A stretch of 63,183 nt of DNA, filler included, from 6 parts of 6 records of this genome joined end to end with filler, not necessarily neighbours in it, one strand, 5' to 3'. Shown: positions 32,439-44,511, counted from the first letter of the whole stretch. The notes: a model not told the origin generated them from the letters alone. A program made the numbers and translations.

Positions 32439-32538
32439 NNNNNNNNNNNNNNNNNNNNNNNNNNNNNNNNNNNNNNNNNNNNTTAATTAATTAANNNNNN
32501 NNNNNNNNNNNNNNNNNNNNNNNNNNNNNNNNNNNNNN
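32439..32538. other. Artificial contig linker
   Basis: N-run with TTAATTAATTAA. Confidence 0.98.
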
Positions 32539-33009
32539 GGCGGCATGCTGACCAACTGGAAGACCATCCGCCAGTCCATCAAACGCCTGCGTGATCTGGA
32601 AGCGCAGAGCGAGGACGGCACCCTGGACAAGCTGACCAAGAAAGAAGCCCTGATGCGCCGCCGCGAGATGGACAAGCTGGAACGCTCCATCGGTGGTATC
32701 AAAGAGATGGGCGGTTTGCCGGACGCGCTGTTCGTGATCGACGTGGATCACGAAGATATCGCCGTTCAGGAAGCCCGCAAACTGGGTATTCCGGTGGTGG
32801 CGGTGGTGGACACCAACTCCGACCCGGATGACATCGACTACGTCATCCCGGGCAACGATGACGCCATTCGCGCTATTCAGCTTTATGTCCAGGCCGCCGC
32901 CGACGCGATCCTGGAAGGCAAGGAATACGCGAAAAACAGTGGTGCCGGCGGCGAGAGTGAATTCGTCGAGGTAGTGGAAGACTCGGAAGCCGACCAGGCC
33001 GAGGGTTGA
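32539..33009 (+). CDS. rpsB: 30S ribosomal protein S2, 3' part
   Basis: [38 protein letters not shown]. Confidence 0.97.
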   Translation, partial: GGMLTNWKTIRQSIKRLRDLEAQSEDGTLDKLTKKEALMRRREMDKLERSIGGIKEMGGLPDALFVIDVDHEDIAVQEARKLGIPVVAVVDTNSDPDDIDYVIPGNDDAIRAIQLYVQAAADAILEGKEYAKNSGAGGESEFVEVVEDSEADQAEG

Positions 33010-33083
33010 TTCGCGTCGGGCCGGGGATATCCCGGCCCGTGCCACCTGATTCAACACCCTGTTAAAAGATTCAAGAGGTAAGC

Positions 33084-33965
33084 ATGGCTGCTGTAACTGC
33101 TGCAATGGTGAAAGAGCTTCGTGAGCGCACCGGCCTGGGCATGATGGAATGCAAAAAGGCGCTGGTGGAAGCGGATGCGGACATCGAAAAAGCCATTGAT
33201 GACCTGCGCAAATCCGGCCAGGCGAAAGCCGCCAAGAAAGCCGGTCGTACCGCCGCCGAAGGCGCCGTGGTCGTGGCCACCAGCGACGATAATTCCCGTG
33301 CGCTGATGGTCGAGATCAACTCCGAAACCGACTTCGTTGCCCGCGACGAGAACTTCCTTGGCTTCGCCAACAAAGTGGCTCAGGCCGCTCTGCAGGCCGG
33401 TGCCACCGACGCCGCCGAGATCGCCGAACTGAAGCTGGAAGATGGCGCCTCCGTGGAAGAAGCGCGTCAGGCACTGGTGCAGAAAATTGGTGAGAACATT
33501 CAGGTGCGTCGTGCCGTCGCTCTGAACGTGGAAGGCGGCGTGGTCGCTTCCTATGTGCACGGCGGCAAAATCGGCGTGCTGGTTTCCCTGTCCGGTGGCG
33601 ATACCGAGCTGGGTAAGGACGTGGCCATGCACGTGGCCGCGGTGGCGCCGATGGTGGTCAAATCCGACCAGGTGCCCGCCGAGACTCTGGACAAAGAGCG
33701 TGAAATCATCCGTGCTCAGCCGGATATGGAAGGCAAGCCCGCGGAAATCGTCGAGAAAATGGTTGGCGGCCGCATCAACAAATTCCTCAAGGAAGTGAGC
33801 CTGCTGGATCAGCCCTTCGTGAAGGATCCCAACACCTCCGTTGGCAACCTGGTGAAAGGTGCCGGTGCCGAGGTGGTGGCTTTCGAGCGCCTGGTGGTGG
33901 GCGAAGGCATCGAGAAGGAAGAGGTGGATTTCGCTGCTGAAGTCATGGCTCAGGCGAAACGCTAA
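33084..33965 (+). CDS. tsf: Elongation factor Ts
   Basis: [29 protein letters not shown]. Confidence 0.98.
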   Translation: MAAVTAAMVKELRERTGLGMMECKKALVEADADIEKAIDDLRKSGQAKAAKKAGRTAAEGAVVVATSDDNSRALMVEINSETDFVARDENFLGFANKVAQAALQAGATDAAEIAELKLEDGASVEEARQALVQKIGENIQVRRAVALNVEGGVVASYVHGGKIGVLVSLSGGDTELGKDVAMHVAAVAPMVVKSDQVPAETLDKEREIIRAQPDMEGKPAEIVEKMVGGRINKFLKEVSLLDQPFVKDPNTSVGNLVKGAGAEVVAFERLVVGEGIEKEEVDFAAEVMAQAKR

Positions 33966-34032
33966 ATTGCGCGCCGCATGGCGTGCCGGGGTGGCGGCCG
34001 TAAAGTCTGCATATTTACGCCGCCGCGCCACC

Positions 34033-34070
34033 AAAACGCCTTGTTGGGCTCCCCAGCAAGGCGTTTTTTT
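34033..34070 (+). terminator. Rho-independent terminator after tsf
   Basis: AAAACGCCTTGTTGGG-ctc-CCCAGCAAGGCGTTTTTTT. Confidence 0.88.
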
Positions 34071-34361
34071 AAGAATCGATTATTGAAACCGGGTGCCAAC
34101 CGGCGCACCCGATGGCTTTGACGCCGATGACTGCTCTGTCCGAGAGGGCGGGTGATGTTTTTCGCGGGCATCGCGGAGACGGCGTGGAAAGCATGTGAGC
34201 GAATCTCCGCCGGCGCGATTAAACAGTTGCATCCTCGCGTGCGGCGGGTAGTGTGTCGAGAGTCCTGTGGCCGCGGTACGCTCGCGGGCCGGGCCATTTC
34301 AGGCGCACGGACCGAACGATTAGCAAATGGCGGGTATTCCATGAGTGGCGGAGAGCATGAT

Positions 34362-35123
34362 ATGGCCAAGAGCAAGGAGCGTTCACCGCGCTATAACCGC
34401 ATCCTTCTCAAGCTGAGCGGTGAGGCGTTGGCGGGCGACGAGGGATTCGGTATCGATCCCCGGGTACTGGACACCTTATCCCTGGAGATTGGTCAGTTGG
34501 TGGGAATTGGTGTACAGGTGGGCATCGTTATCGGTGGCGGTAACCTGTTTCGCGGCGCCGCCCTGCAAACAGCCGGTCTGGACCGGGTGGCGGGCGATCA
34601 CATGGGGATGCTGGCCACGGTAATGAACGGCCTGGCAATGCGCGATGCGCTGGAGCGCTCCAACATCCGCACCCGGCTGATGTCGGCCATTCCCATGAGC
34701 GGCATCGTGGAGCATTATGATCACCGGCACGCCATCCGCTATCTGAAAAACGGCGAAGTGGTGATCTTCTGTGCCGGCACTGGCAACCCGTTCTTCACCA
34801 CGGATTCCGCCGCCTGTCTGCGCGGTATTGAAATCAGCGCCGACGTGGTGCTCAAGGCCACCAAGGTGGACGGGGTCTACGACGACGATCCGGTGAAGAA
34901 CCCCGAAGCACGCAAATATGACCGCCTGACCTTCGATCAGGTGCTGGACAGCAAACTCGGCGTGATGGACCTGACCGCCATTTGCCTGTGTCGTGACCAC
35001 GACATGCCGTTGCGTGTATTCAACATGAACAAGCAGGGCGCGTTGCTGAATCTGATGCTGGGGGGCAGCGAAGGCACCCTGGTGGCGTCCGAAGTACAGG
35101 AAGCGGGCTCCGAGACCGCATGA
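34362..35123 (+). CDS. pyrH: Uridylate kinase
   Basis: [28 protein letters not shown]; start MAKSK after GGAGAG. Confidence 0.97.
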   Translation: MAKSKERSPRYNRILLKLSGEALAGDEGFGIDPRVLDTLSLEIGQLVGIGVQVGIVIGGGNLFRGAALQTAGLDRVAGDHMGMLATVMNGLAMRDALERSNIRTRLMSAIPMSGIVEHYDHRHAIRYLKNGEVVIFCAGTGNPFFTTDSAACLRGIEISADVVLKATKVDGVYDDDPVKNPEARKYDRLTFDQVLDSKLGVMDLTAICLCRDHDMPLRVFNMNKQGALLNLMLGGSEGTLVASEVQEAGSETA

Positions 35124-35165
35124 TCGGCGGCGCAGCCCAGTGAAGAACAGGCGAGGAATCGAAAG

Positions 35166-35723
35166 GTGATCGAGGACATCAAGAAAGACGCGGAATCACG
35201 CATGAAAAAGAGCCTGGAGTCTCTGGACGTGGCTCTGAAGAAAGTGCGCACCGGTCGCGCTCATCCCAGTCTGCTGGACACTGTCCACGTGTCCTACTAC
35301 GGCTCGGACACGCCGTTGAGCCAGTTGGCCAACATCAGCGTGGAGGAGGGGCGTACCTTGCTGGTGTCGCCGTTCGACAAGAGCCTGGTGCCGGATGTGG
35401 AAAAAGCCATCCTGGCTTCCGATCTGGGCCTGAATCCCTCCACCGCCGGCACCGTGATTCGTTTGCCGCTGCCTCCGCTGACCGAGGAAACCCGCCGCGA
35501 TCTGGTGAAGGTGGTGCGCGGCGAGGCCGAGCATGCCAAAGTGGCGATCCGCAACATCCGCCGTGACGCCAATGGTGATTTCAAGGATTTGCTTAAGGAG
35601 AAGGAAATCTCCGAGGACGAAGCCCGTCGCGGCGAAGAGCAAATCCAGCAGCTTACCGACCGCATGGTCGGTGAGGTGGAGAAGATGCTCAAGATCAAGG
35701 AAGAAGAGTTGATGACCGTTTGA
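35166..35723 (+). CDS. frr: Ribosome recycling factor
   Basis: [32 protein letters not shown] start. Confidence 0.97.
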   Translation: MIEDIKKDAESRMKKSLESLDVALKKVRTGRAHPSLLDTVHVSYYGSDTPLSQLANISVEEGRTLLVSPFDKSLVPDVEKAILASDLGLNPSTAGTVIRLPLPPLTEETRRDLVKVVRGEAEHAKVAIRNIRRDANGDFKDLLKEKEISEDEARRGEEQIQQLTDRMVGEVEKMLKIKEEELMTV

Positions 35724-35871
35724 GGATCCCGGGATCCTGAAGCGGCCAGAGCGGGCGCCGGCAATTACCGGCGCCTGCGTTGTTTCGGGTGGTACGGGAC
35801 GGCGAAACGGATCAGGCCCGTTCGTTGCCTGGTGAACAAGAGAAGCAAGGACGACAACCCGGAGGTTCTTG

Positions 35872-36660
35872 ATGGAAGAAACCCGACCGGTTTCCTCGGC
35901 GCCGGACCTGGATTCCCACGCCGGGGCTTTGCCGCGCCACGTCGCCATCATCATGGACGGCAACAACCGTTGGGCCCGCCAGCGCGATTTGCCCGGCGTC
36001 GAAGGCCATCGGGCCGGTGAAGCCACGGTACGGGAAGTGATTCGCCGTGCCGCCCGTCGTGGCATCGAAGTAGTGACGCTGTTCGCGTTCAGTTCAGAAA
36101 ACTGGCGCCGGCCGGAGGACGAGGTGCAGCATCTGCTGGCGCTGTTCGTTCACGCCCTCGGGGCCAGGGTCGCCGAATTGCACGAAAACGGCATCCGCTT
36201 GCGTTTCATCGGCGAGCGCTCCGCTTTCAATGACGGCTTGCGCCGGGGTATGGCCGAGGCCGAGCAACTGACCGCCAATAATGACGGCATGACCCTGGCC
36301 ATCGCCGTTAATTATGGTGGCCAATGGGATCTGACTCAGGCCGCCCGCCGTGTGGCGCAACAGGTGCGTGACGGTGAGCTGGCGGTGGAGCAGATCACCG
36401 ATGCCGAGCTGGGCCGTCACGTCAGTCTGGCCGATCTGCCGCCGCCGGATCTGCTGATCCGTACCGGTGGCGAGCAACGCCTGAGCAACTTCCTGTTGTG
36501 GCAGGCCGCCTACAGTGAATTCTATTTCACCCCAACCCTGTGGCCGGATTTTGACGGCCAGGCGCTGGATCGGGCGCTGGCGGATTACGCCTCCCGGCAG
36601 CGCCGCTTCGGGCGCTCCGGTGAGGAAGTCAGTCGCCTCGATGGAGACTCTTCATGCTGA
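35872..36660 (+). CDS. uppS: Undecaprenyl diphosphate synthase
   Basis: HVAIIMDGNNRWA, FSSENWRRP, RTGGEQRLSNFLLWQ. Confidence 0.97.
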   Translation: MEETRPVSSAPDLDSHAGALPRHVAIIMDGNNRWARQRDLPGVEGHRAGEATVREVIRRAARRGIEVVTLFAFSSENWRRPEDEVQHLLALFVHALGARVAELHENGIRLRFIGERSAFNDGLRRGMAEAEQLTANNDGMTLAIAVNYGGQWDLTQAARRVAQQVRDGELAVEQITDAELGRHVSLADLPPPDLLIRTGGEQRLSNFLLWQAAYSEFYFTPTLWPDFDGQALDRALADYASRQRRFGRSGEEVSRLDGDSSC

Positions 36661-37478
36661 AACAGAGGGTGATCACCGCTCTGATTCTGTTGCCGATCGT
36701 GCTGGGCGCGGTCTTTGGCCTCGGCCGGGTGCCGTTCGCGGTGATTGCCGGTGTGTTCTTCGTCGTCGGTGGCTGGGAGTGGTCCGGCATGATGCGTGGC
36801 CCGGGGCAGGGCGCCCGCCTGCTATGGTGCCTGTCCCTGGCGCTGCTGATGGTGGCGGTCGAAATCTGCCGCCCGGCCTGGGTGCTGAACGCACTGCCGC
36901 TGTGGTGGTTGCTGGCGCTGGTGATGGTGCTCGGCTATCCGGGTAACGCCCGGCTGTGGTTCCGGACGCCGGTCATGGTAGTGGTGGGCTGGTTGCTGCT
37001 GATACCGTCCTGGGCCGCGGTGGTGGAGCTGCAGGATCATGGCGCGCTGGGCCTGGCCGGCCCCTGGGCGCTGCTGTTCATTCTGGTGTGGGTGTGGGCG
37101 GCCGATACCGGCGCCTATTTCGCCGGCCGGGCCTTTGGCCGGCATAAGCTGGCACCGCTGGTCAGTCCCGGCAAGACGGTGGAGGGGCTGGTCGGCGGCG
37201 CTCTGCTGGCACTGGCCGTGGTGGCTCTGGTATACGCCACCGGCTGGCTGCGGGCGACCTTGCCGGCGCTATTGATCGTCGCGTTGATGACCGTACTGGC
37301 CTCGGTGCTGGGTGACCTGTTCGAAAGCATGGTCAAGCGCGAGCGCGGTATCAAGGACAGCGGCTCGGTATTGCCGGGCCACGGCGGTATGCTGGACCGT
37401 ATCGACAGTGTCACCGCCGCTCTGCCGGTGGCGCTGGCCGGCCTTAACTGGTTCTCCCTGCCAGGAGGCGTGCTGTGA
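36654..37478 (+). CDS. cdsA: Phosphatidate cytidylyltransferase
   Basis: [36 protein letters not shown]. Confidence 0.96.
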   Translation: MLKQRVITALILLPIVLGAVFGLGRVPFAVIAGVFFVVGGWEWSGMMRGPGQGARLLWCLSLALLMVAVEICRPAWVLNALPLWWLLALVMVLGYPGNARLWFRTPVMVVVGWLLLIPSWAAVVELQDHGALGLAGPWALLFILVWVWAADTGAYFAGRAFGRHKLAPLVSPGKTVEGLVGGALLALAVVALVYATGWLRATLPALLIVALMTVLASVLGDLFESMVKRERGIKDSGSVLPGHGGMLDRIDSVTAALPVALAGLNWFSLPGGVL

Positions 37479-38647
37479 AGGAGCGTATTACCGTCCTCGG
37501 TGCCACTGGCAGCATTGGCTGCCAGACTCTGGAGGTGCTGGCCCTGCATCCGGAGCGCTATGAAGTGGTGGCGCTGACGGCGGGCCATCGCTGGCGTGAG
37601 CTGGCGGAACAATGTCTGCGCTGGCGCCCGCGTTACGCCGCTCTGGCGGACGAACAGGCCGCCGGCGAGCTTCGGAACCATCTTAAGGCGGCAGGGTCTG
37701 ACACCGAAGTGCTGGCCGGGCACCAGGGTGTGTGTGCTCTCGCCGGGCTGGACGATGTGGACACGGTGGTCGCCGCCATCGTCGGCGCCGCCGGTGTGCG
37801 TCCGACCCTGGCGGCGGTCGGCGCCGGCAAGAAAATCCTGCTGGCGAACAAGGAAACCCTGGTGGTGACCGGCGCGCTCTTCATGGAGGCGGTGAAGCGC
37901 CATGGCGCCACGCTGTTACCGGTGGATTCCGAGCACAACGCCATCTTCCAGTGCCTGCCCCGGGGCGGTGTGGACCAGGGTGTGCGAAGAGTGCTGCTGA
38001 CCGCGTCCGGCGGCCCGTTTCTTGGCTGGTCCGCCGAGCAACTGGCGTCGGTGACGCCGGAACAGGCGGTGCGTCATCCCAATTGGGACATGGGACCGAA
38101 AATTTCCGTGGATTCGGCCACGTTGATGAACAAGGGCCTGGAATTCATCGAGGCCTGCTGGTTGTTCGATATGCCGCCCGAACGAGTGGACGTGGTGATT
38201 CACCCGCAAAGCGTGGTGCATTCCATGGTCGAATACCTGGACGGCTCGGTGCTGGCGCAAATGGGCACACCAGACATGCGCACGCCGATCGCCTGCGCCC
38301 TGGCGTGGCCGCAGCGGATCGCCTCCGGCGCGCCGTCGCTGGATTTCGCCACGCTTGCCGAGCTGCGTTTCCTGCCGCCGGATGAGCAGGCCTTTCCCTG
38401 CCTGGCCCTGGCCCGGCAGGCGATGCAGGCGGGCGGCGCCGCCACCGCCGTGCTCAACGCCGCCAATGAAGTGGCGGTGGCCGCTTTTCTTGACGGCGGG
38501 CTGGGTTTCCAGCATATCGGTAGCGTGGTGGCGAACACTCTGGAAGCCTTGCCCGGCGGTTGCTGTGACGATGTGGATGAAGTGATGGACCTGGACGCCC
38601 GCGCGCGGGAGCTGGCCCGGCAACAAGTACAGGCTTTGGGCCGATGA
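37475..38647 (+). CDS. dxr: 1-deoxy-D-xylulose-5-phosphate reductoisomerase
   Basis: [38 protein letters not shown]. Confidence 0.97.
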   Translation: MKERITVLGATGSIGCQTLEVLALHPERYEVVALTAGHRWRELAEQCLRWRPRYAALADEQAAGELRNHLKAAGSDTEVLAGHQGVCALAGLDDVDTVVAAIVGAAGVRPTLAAVGAGKKILLANKETLVVTGALFMEAVKRHGATLLPVDSEHNAIFQCLPRGGVDQGVRRVLLTASGGPFLGWSAEQLASVTPEQAVRHPNWDMGPKISVDSATLMNKGLEFIEACWLFDMPPERVDVVIHPQSVVHSMVEYLDGSVLAQMGTPDMRTPIACALAWPQRIASGAPSLDFATLAELRFLPPDEQAFPCLALARQAMQAGGAATAVLNAANEVAVAAFLDGGLGFQHIGSVVANTLEALPGGCCDDVDEVMDLDARARELARQQVQALGR

Positions 38648-38716
38648 AGGAGAAGGTGTGAAACGCGATGGTCAGACAGTAGTACCGCCGCTGATGGCTT
38701 GCACAGAGGTCAATCA

Positions 38717-40030
38717 ATGCTGACGGTTCTGGCTTTCATCGTCACCATTCTGGTCATCGTTGCCTTCCATGAATGGGGACATTTTCTTGCCATGCGCGCC
38801 TTTGGCGTGCGGGTTTTGACGTTTTCCGTCGGCTTCGGCCCGCGCCTGTGCCGTTTTACCGATCGCCGTGGCACCGACTGGGTGATCAGCGCGATACCCC
38901 TGGGCGGCTTCGTCAGGCCGCTGGACCGCCGGGACGGCGAGATTCCGGACGACGCCACCCTGGAAGAAGAGTTCTCCGGCAAACCCGCCTGGCAGCGCGT
39001 GATCGTCTACGCCGCCGGTCCCATATTCAATTTCATTCTCGCCTTCCTGATCTACTGGCTGTTGATGATGACCGCTGGCGAACGCGGCTATGCGCCAGTG
39101 GTGGGCAATCCGACGGCGGACTCTCCGGCGGCGGCGGCGGGCTTCGAACCCGGCGATCGCATGCTCAGTATTGGCGGCCGTGAGGTGCGAACCTGGCAGG
39201 ATGTGATGGGGCGGCTGGTGCTGTACCTGGGTGATGCCGAGCCGGTGCCGGTGCAAGTGCGGGACAGCCAGGGCCAGGAGCGCACCCGGCAACTGGATAT
39301 CAGCGCCTGGTCCCAGGATCCGGAGCAGTCGCCATTGCCGGTGCTGGGCCTGAGCCCGGCGGTGGTGATCGGCGAGATCGCGGAGGACAGCGGAGCCCAG
39401 CGCTCCGGCGTGCGGAGCGGCGATCAGGTGCTGACCACCGACGGTCAGCCGGTGCCGGGCTGGAGCGCCTGGCGGCAGAAGCTGCAGGAAAGCCCGGGGC
39501 AGGCTCTGCCGGCCACCGTGCTGCGTGATGGCCGTGAGCATTCCCTGACATTGCATCCGGAGCCGGTGACGGTGGAAGATCGCGTGGTCGGTCAGCTCGG
39601 AGTGCTGCCCGGTGGTATCGTCGAACAGCGCTATAATCCGTTGTCGGCGCTGGACGCCGCCGGCGGCCGCCTGGCCGAGCAGGCCGGCGTGGTGTGGGCG
39701 AGCATCGCCAAATTGTTTACCGGTCACTTGCCACTGGATAGTCTCGGTGGGCCGGTGACCATTGCCCAGGTGGCCGGGCAGAGCGCGGAGGTGGGAATTC
39801 TCAGCTTCCTGATGCTGCTGGCCTACCTCAGTATCACCCTGGGCATTATCAACCTGCTGCCGGTGCCGATGTTGGACGGCGGTTGGATTCTTTTCGGCAT
39901 CATCGAAATGATTCGCGGGCGCAGCCTGCCCGAGCGGTTCCTGACCACCGCTCAAGGGGTGGGGCTGACGCTGGTGATGAGTTTCATGTTGTTGGCCATC
40001 TACAACGATCTGGTGCGACAGTTTTCATGA
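38717..40030 (+). CDS. rseP: RIP metalloprotease RseP
   Basis: HEWGH, two PDZ-like regions, NLLPVPMLDGG. Confidence 0.95.
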   Translation: MLTVLAFIVTILVIVAFHEWGHFLAMRAFGVRVLTFSVGFGPRLCRFTDRRGTDWVISAIPLGGFVRPLDRRDGEIPDDATLEEEFSGKPAWQRVIVYAAGPIFNFILAFLIYWLLMMTAGERGYAPVVGNPTADSPAAAAGFEPGDRMLSIGGREVRTWQDVMGRLVLYLGDAEPVPVQVRDSQGQERTRQLDISAWSQDPEQSPLPVLGLSPAVVIGEIAEDSGAQRSGVRSGDQVLTTDGQPVPGWSAWRQKLQESPGQALPATVLRDGREHSLTLHPEPVTVEDRVVGQLGVLPGGIVEQRYNPLSALDAAGGRLAEQAGVVWASIAKLFTGHLPLDSLGGPVTIAQVAGQSAEVGILSFLMLLAYLSITLGIINLLPVPMLDGGWILFGIIEMIRGRSLPERFLTTAQGVGLTLVMSFMLLAIYNDLVRQFS

Positions 40031-42390
40031 GATACCGGGAAACGACCCAAACCCTGTTCGGCGGGGTACTGCTGACTCTGGGGGCCCTGAGCCCCGCGCT
40101 GGTACAAGCCCAGGAAGCCGTGCCGTTTCAAGTAAGGGATATTCGCGTGGAGGGGCTGCAACGCATCCCCGTCGAGCGGGTATACGCCACCTTGCCCATT
40201 CAGCCCGGTGACACCGTGACCCGGCAAAGCGTGGTGCAGTCGGTGCAAGCCCTGTTCGCCACCGGCAATTACGAGGATGTGCAACTGGGGCGCGACGGCG
40301 ACGATCTGGTGGTGATGGTCTCCGAGCGGCCGAGCATTGCCCGTATCGAGCTGTCCGGCAATAAGTCGATCGAGGAGGACGCCCTGCGCAAGGGGCTGAC
40401 CGAAGCCGGTCTGGCGGAGGGCGAAGTGTTCCAGCGATCCACCCTGGAGGCCATTTCCGGCGAGCTGGAGCGGCAGTACGTGGCCCAGGGCCGCTATGGC
40501 GCGGACATCAGCACCGAAGTAACGCCGCTGCCGCGGAACCGGGTGGCGCTGAAGATCGACATCTACGAAGGCAAATCGGCGCGCATCAACGACATCAACA
40601 TCGTTGGCAACACCGTGTTTGATGACGATGAGCTGCTCAAGGTCTTCAATCTGCGGCCGTCGCACTTCTGGTCGTTCATCAAGGGCGATGACAAATACAG
40701 TCGCGAACGGCTGGCCGGTGATCTGGAGCAATTGCGGTCGTACTATCTGGATCGTGGCTACATCAACTTCTCCATCGAGTCCACCCAGGTGGCGGTGACC
40801 CCGGACCGGGAGAAGGTGGCGCTCACCATCAACGTCAACGAAGGCGAGCAGTACACCGTCAACAGCATCAAACTGGCCGGTGATCTGGTGGTGGACGAGG
40901 AGCAGCTGCGCTCTCTGGTGGTGCTGGACAAGGGCCAGGTCTTCAGCCAGCAGCAGGTGACCTACACCAGTGATCTGATCAAACGCCGCCTGGGTAACGA
41001 AGGCTACACCTTCGCCGAGGTGCGGGGCATCGATCAGGCGACCAACGACGACGACAACACCGTTGACGTGGTGTTTTATGTGGAGCCGGGGCGCAAGGTT
41101 TACGTTCGCCGCATCAACTACAGCGGCAACCAGAAAACCGCCGACGAAGTGATGCGCCGGGAAATGCGCCAGTTCGAGCAGGCGCCGGCCAATACCGCGC
41201 TGATCGACTTGTCCCGTCAGCGTCTGGAGCGTCTCGGTTACTTCAGCGCGGTGCAGGCGGACACCGATCCGGTGCCCGGTTCCGATGATCTGGTGGATGT
41301 GAACTACAAAGTGGAGGAGCAGCCGTCCGGTTCCATCGGCGCCAATGTCGGTTATTCCGACGCCTCCGGTGTGGTGTTCGGCGCCAACATCAGTCAGAAC
41401 AACTTCCGTGGTACCGGTAACCGGGTGTCCTTCGCGCTCAGCCGCAGCGATATCCGGGACGCTTACAGCTTCTCTCACTACAACCCGTACTACACCCTGG
41501 ACGGCGTCAGCCGGGGCTTCAGCCTGTACTACTCCAAGATTGATTTCGATGAGGCCCGGGTCTCCTCCTATGCCGCGGACCGCGCCGGCGGCTCGGTGAC
41601 CTTCGGCTACCCGATTTCCGAATACACCCGTCTGAGCTTCGGCGGTGGTCTGGAGCGCACCAAGATTTCCGACGGCGAATTCATCGCCGTGGACATCGCC
41701 CGCTTCATGGAAGAAGAAGGCCGCACCTTCGACGAGATCAAGACCAACGCCACCTTGCGCACCAGCACCCTTAACCGGGGCGTGCTGCCGGACCGTGGCT
41801 GGGCCAGCACTTTGAATCTGGAAGTGGCGGTGCCGGGCTCCGACTACCTGTTCTATAAACTGAGCTGGGACGGCGAGAAGTATTTCCCCATCACTAACCG
41901 CTGGACCCTGCGTACCCGCAGTAGCGTCGCCTACGGGGATGGCTATGGCGATAACGAAGTGCTGCCGTTCTTCGAAGCGTTCTACGGCGGTGGTATCGGC
42001 TCGGTCCGGGGCTATGAGTCCCGCTCCCTGGGTCCCCGGTCCGATGCGTTGTATTATGCGCAACGCGGTGAAACGGACCCGGATCCCGATCCGATCGGGG
42101 GTAACCTGCTGACCGAACTCAGCGTGGAATTGATCTTCCCGACGCCGTTCGCGGCGGAATCGCGCAGCGTGCGGACTTTCCTGTTCGCCGACGCGGGTAA
42201 TATTTTCGAGACCAAACGGGATGATATCGACGCTGATTTCGCCGTCCAGGATCTGCGGGCATCGGTGGGGATCGGCCTGAGCTGGCTCACCGCCATCGGT
42301 CCGCTCAGCTTCAACCTGGCCAAGGCGATCAACAACGAGTCCGGCGACGATACCGAAGTGTTCCAGTTCTCTCTGGGGCAAACGTTCTGA
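40027..42390 (+). CDS. bamA: Outer membrane protein assembly factor BamA
   Basis: ATGA overlap with rseP; IRVEGLQRI POTRA repeats, VRGY, terminal FQFSLGQTF. Confidence 0.97.
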   Translation: MRYRETTQTLFGGVLLTLGALSPALVQAQEAVPFQVRDIRVEGLQRIPVERVYATLPIQPGDTVTRQSVVQSVQALFATGNYEDVQLGRDGDDLVVMVSERPSIARIELSGNKSIEEDALRKGLTEAGLAEGEVFQRSTLEAISGELERQYVAQGRYGADISTEVTPLPRNRVALKIDIYEGKSARINDINIVGNTVFDDDELLKVFNLRPSHFWSFIKGDDKYSRERLAGDLEQLRSYYLDRGYINFSIESTQVAVTPDREKVALTINVNEGEQYTVNSIKLAGDLVVDEEQLRSLVVLDKGQVFSQQQVTYTSDLIKRRLGNEGYTFAEVRGIDQATNDDDNTVDVVFYVEPGRKVYVRRINYSGNQKTADEVMRREMRQFEQAPANTALIDLSRQRLERLGYFSAVQADTDPVPGSDDLVDVNYKVEEQPSGSIGANVGYSDASGVVFGANISQNNFRGTGNRVSFALSRSDIRDAYSFSHYNPYYTLDGVSRGFSLYYSKIDFDEARVSSYAADRAGGSVTFGYPISEYTRLSFGGGLERTKISDGEFIAVDIARFMEEEGRTFDEIKTNATLRTSTLNRGVLPDRGWASTLNLEVAVPGSDYLFYKLSWDGEKYFPITNRWTLRTRSSVAYGDGYGDNEVLPFFEAFYGGGIGSVRGYESRSLGPRSDALYYAQRGETDPDPDPIGGNLLTELSVELIFPTPFAAESRSVRTFLFADAGNIFETKRDDIDADFAVQDLRASVGIGLSWLTAIGPLSFNLAKAINNESGDDTEVFQFSLGQTF

Positions 42391-42465
42391 TAGCGATCGG
42401 ATAGAGGCTGGCCCGGTGGCGCCGGGCCTTTGTTGTTATTGGGAAGGGAAGTATTAGGAGCGGTT

Positions 42466-42963
42466 ATGAAGAAGAGCTTGCTTGTTGTACTGATGTTGTT
42501 GCCGGTACTGGCCAGCGCGGACATGCGCATTGGCGTGGTGGATCCGATCGGTGCCTTGCAGGAGGCCGACGAGTTCAAGACCCGTTACAGCAAACTGGAA
42601 TCGTCATTGCAGGGCGACCAGGCGCGGCTGGAGCAGTTGGGCAAGGAAGTGGAAGGCTTGCGCAACCGCCTCGACAAGGAAGGCATGACCATGGGCGAGG
42701 ACGAACGCCAGCGTTTGCAGACCCAGGGACAGCAAAAGATGATCGAAGTGCAGAACCTGCGTCAGTCCGCGCAAAAGAAACTGGGGCGCGGCCAGCAGGA
42801 AATTCTGGACGTGATGGAGCCGAAGCTGCGTGAAGCGGTGGAAGCGGTGGCCAAGAAGCGTAATCTGGACATGGTCCTCAATGGCCAGGCGGTGGTGTAC
42901 CTGAAAGGCGATGAGCCGGACATCACCAAGGACGTCACCCAGCAACTCAATCGCATGAAATAA
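42466..42963 (+). CDS. skp: Skp/OmpH periplasmic chaperone
   Basis: AGGAG RBS, signal peptide, IGVVD, coiled coil, DITKDV; position between bamA and lpxD. Confidence 0.92.
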   Translation: MKKSLLVVLMLLPVLASADMRIGVVDPIGALQEADEFKTRYSKLESSLQGDQARLEQLGKEVEGLRNRLDKEGMTMGEDERQRLQTQGQQKMIEVQNLRQSAQKKLGRGQQEILDVMEPKLREAVEAVAKKRNLDMVLNGQAVVYLKGDEPDITKDVTQQLNRMK

Positions 42964-42966
42964 TCG

Positions 42967-43995
42967 ATGACGGTTACTCTGGAATTTCTCGCCCGGGAGC
43001 TGGAGGCGGAACTGCATGGTCCGGCGGACGTCGAGGTCAGTGGCCTCGGCACCATTGGTGCCGCCGGTCCACACCAGCTCACCTTTCTGGCCAATCCGCG
43101 TTATCGTGCCTTCCTGGAGAACACCAGCGCCGGCGCGGTACTGCTGAGCGCGGATCAACGGGAGCATTGCCCGGTACCCGCTCTGGTGGTGAAGGATCCG
43201 TACCTGGCGTTCGCCAAAGCCAGCCATTTCTTTGATACCGCGCCGCCGGTGCCCGCCGGGATCCATCCGAGCGCGGTGGTGGATCCTTCAGCGACGGTGC
43301 CGGAGTCGGTATCGCTGGGGCCGAATGTGGTGGTCGACGCTGATGTGGTGCTGGGTGAAGGCACCGTGGTGATGGCCAATTCCGTCATCGGAGCCGGTAC
43401 GCGCATCGGCGAGCAAGGGCGCATCTGGCCGAATGTTACAATTTATCATGGTGTTACCATCGGGCCGCGGACTACCATTCACTCCCATACCGTGATCGGC
43501 GCGGACGGGTTCGGCTTTGCCTTCAACGGCGCGGGCTGGACCAAGGTGGCGCAGGTGGGCGGTGTGCGTATCGGCGCGGACGTGGAGATCGGCGCCGGCA
43601 CCACTATTGATCGCGGGGCCATCGAGGACACCGTGATCGGCAATGGGGTGATCCTGGATAATCAGATTCAGGTGGCCCACAACGTGGTGATCGGCGATCA
43701 TTCCGCTCTGGCCGGCAAGGTCGGCATCGCCGGCAGCAGCCGTATCGGCAGCTACTGCATGATCGGCGGCGCGGTGGGAATCTCGGGTCACCTGGAAATC
43801 TGTGACCAGGTGCAGATTCTCGGCATGTCCCTGGTGTCCCGTTCGATCACGGAGCCGGGCACTTACGGGTCGGCGCTGCCCGTGGACAAACAGGACCGTT
43901 ACCGCCGTAATGTGGCGCGTTTTCGCCACTTGGACGAGTTGTCCCGGCGGGTTCGTCGTCTGGAAAAGGCGCGGGGCGGGAGCAGCGAAGACTGA
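42967..43995 (+). CDS. lpxD: UDP-3-O-acyl-glucosamine N-acyltransferase
   Basis: Hexapeptide repeats, IGADGFGF, IDRGAIEDT, DNQIQVAHN. Confidence 0.97.
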   Translation: MTVTLEFLARELEAELHGPADVEVSGLGTIGAAGPHQLTFLANPRYRAFLENTSAGAVLLSADQREHCPVPALVVKDPYLAFAKASHFFDTAPPVPAGIHPSAVVDPSATVPESVSLGPNVVVDADVVLGEGTVVMANSVIGAGTRIGEQGRIWPNVTIYHGVTIGPRTTIHSHTVIGADGFGFAFNGAGWTKVAQVGGVRIGADVEIGAGTTIDRGAIEDTVIGNGVILDNQIQVAHNVVIGDHSALAGKVGIAGSSRIGSYCMIGGAVGISGHLEICDQVQILGMSLVSRSITEPGTYGSALPVDKQDRYRRNVARFRHLDELSRRVRRLEKARGGSSED

Positions 43996-44073
43996 ATCCC
44001 AGGCCGCGTCAGGCCCAGCGACGATCGGATGTCACGCCCCCGACAGGGGGTTTTTGCTTTCGGAATACATATC

Positions 44074-44511
44074 ATGATGGACATTAACGAGGTGCGGGAA
44101 TACTTGCCCCACCGCTATCCGTTTTTGCTGGTGGACCGGGTGGTGAACGTGGAGCCGGGCAAGCGCATCGAGGCGTACAAGAACGTCACGATCAACGAGC
44201 CCTTCTTCAACGGCCATTTCCCGCAGGAACCGATCATGCCCGGCGTGCTGATCATCGAAGCGATGGCTCAGGCCGCCGGGATCCTCGGGTTCGTTACCGA
44301 GAACAAGCGCCCGGCGGATGGTTACATCTACCTGCTGGTGGGCGTGGACAATGCCCGTTTCAAGCGTCAGGTCGTGCCCGGTGATCGTTTGACGCTGCAT
44401 GCCGAGTGGCTGATGCTGCGCCGCAGCATCCTCAAGTTCACCTGCCGCGCGGAAGTGGAGGGCCAACTGGTGGCCTCCGCCGACATGCTGGTGGCGGAAC
44501 AGAAAGTCTGA
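44074..44511 (+). CDS. fabZ: 3-hydroxyacyl-ACP dehydratase
   Basis: [30 protein letters not shown]. Confidence 0.97.
   Translation: MMDINEVREYLPHRYPFLLVDRVVNVEPGKRIEAYKNVTINEPFFNGHFPQEPIMPGVLIIEAMAQAAGILGFVTENKRPADGYIYLLVGVDNARFKRQVVPGDRLTLHAEWLMLRRSILKFTCRAEVEGQLVASADMLVAEQKV

Noticed and set aside
40000-42381. 793-aa minus-strand ORF
   Set aside because: Antisense shadow of bamA.
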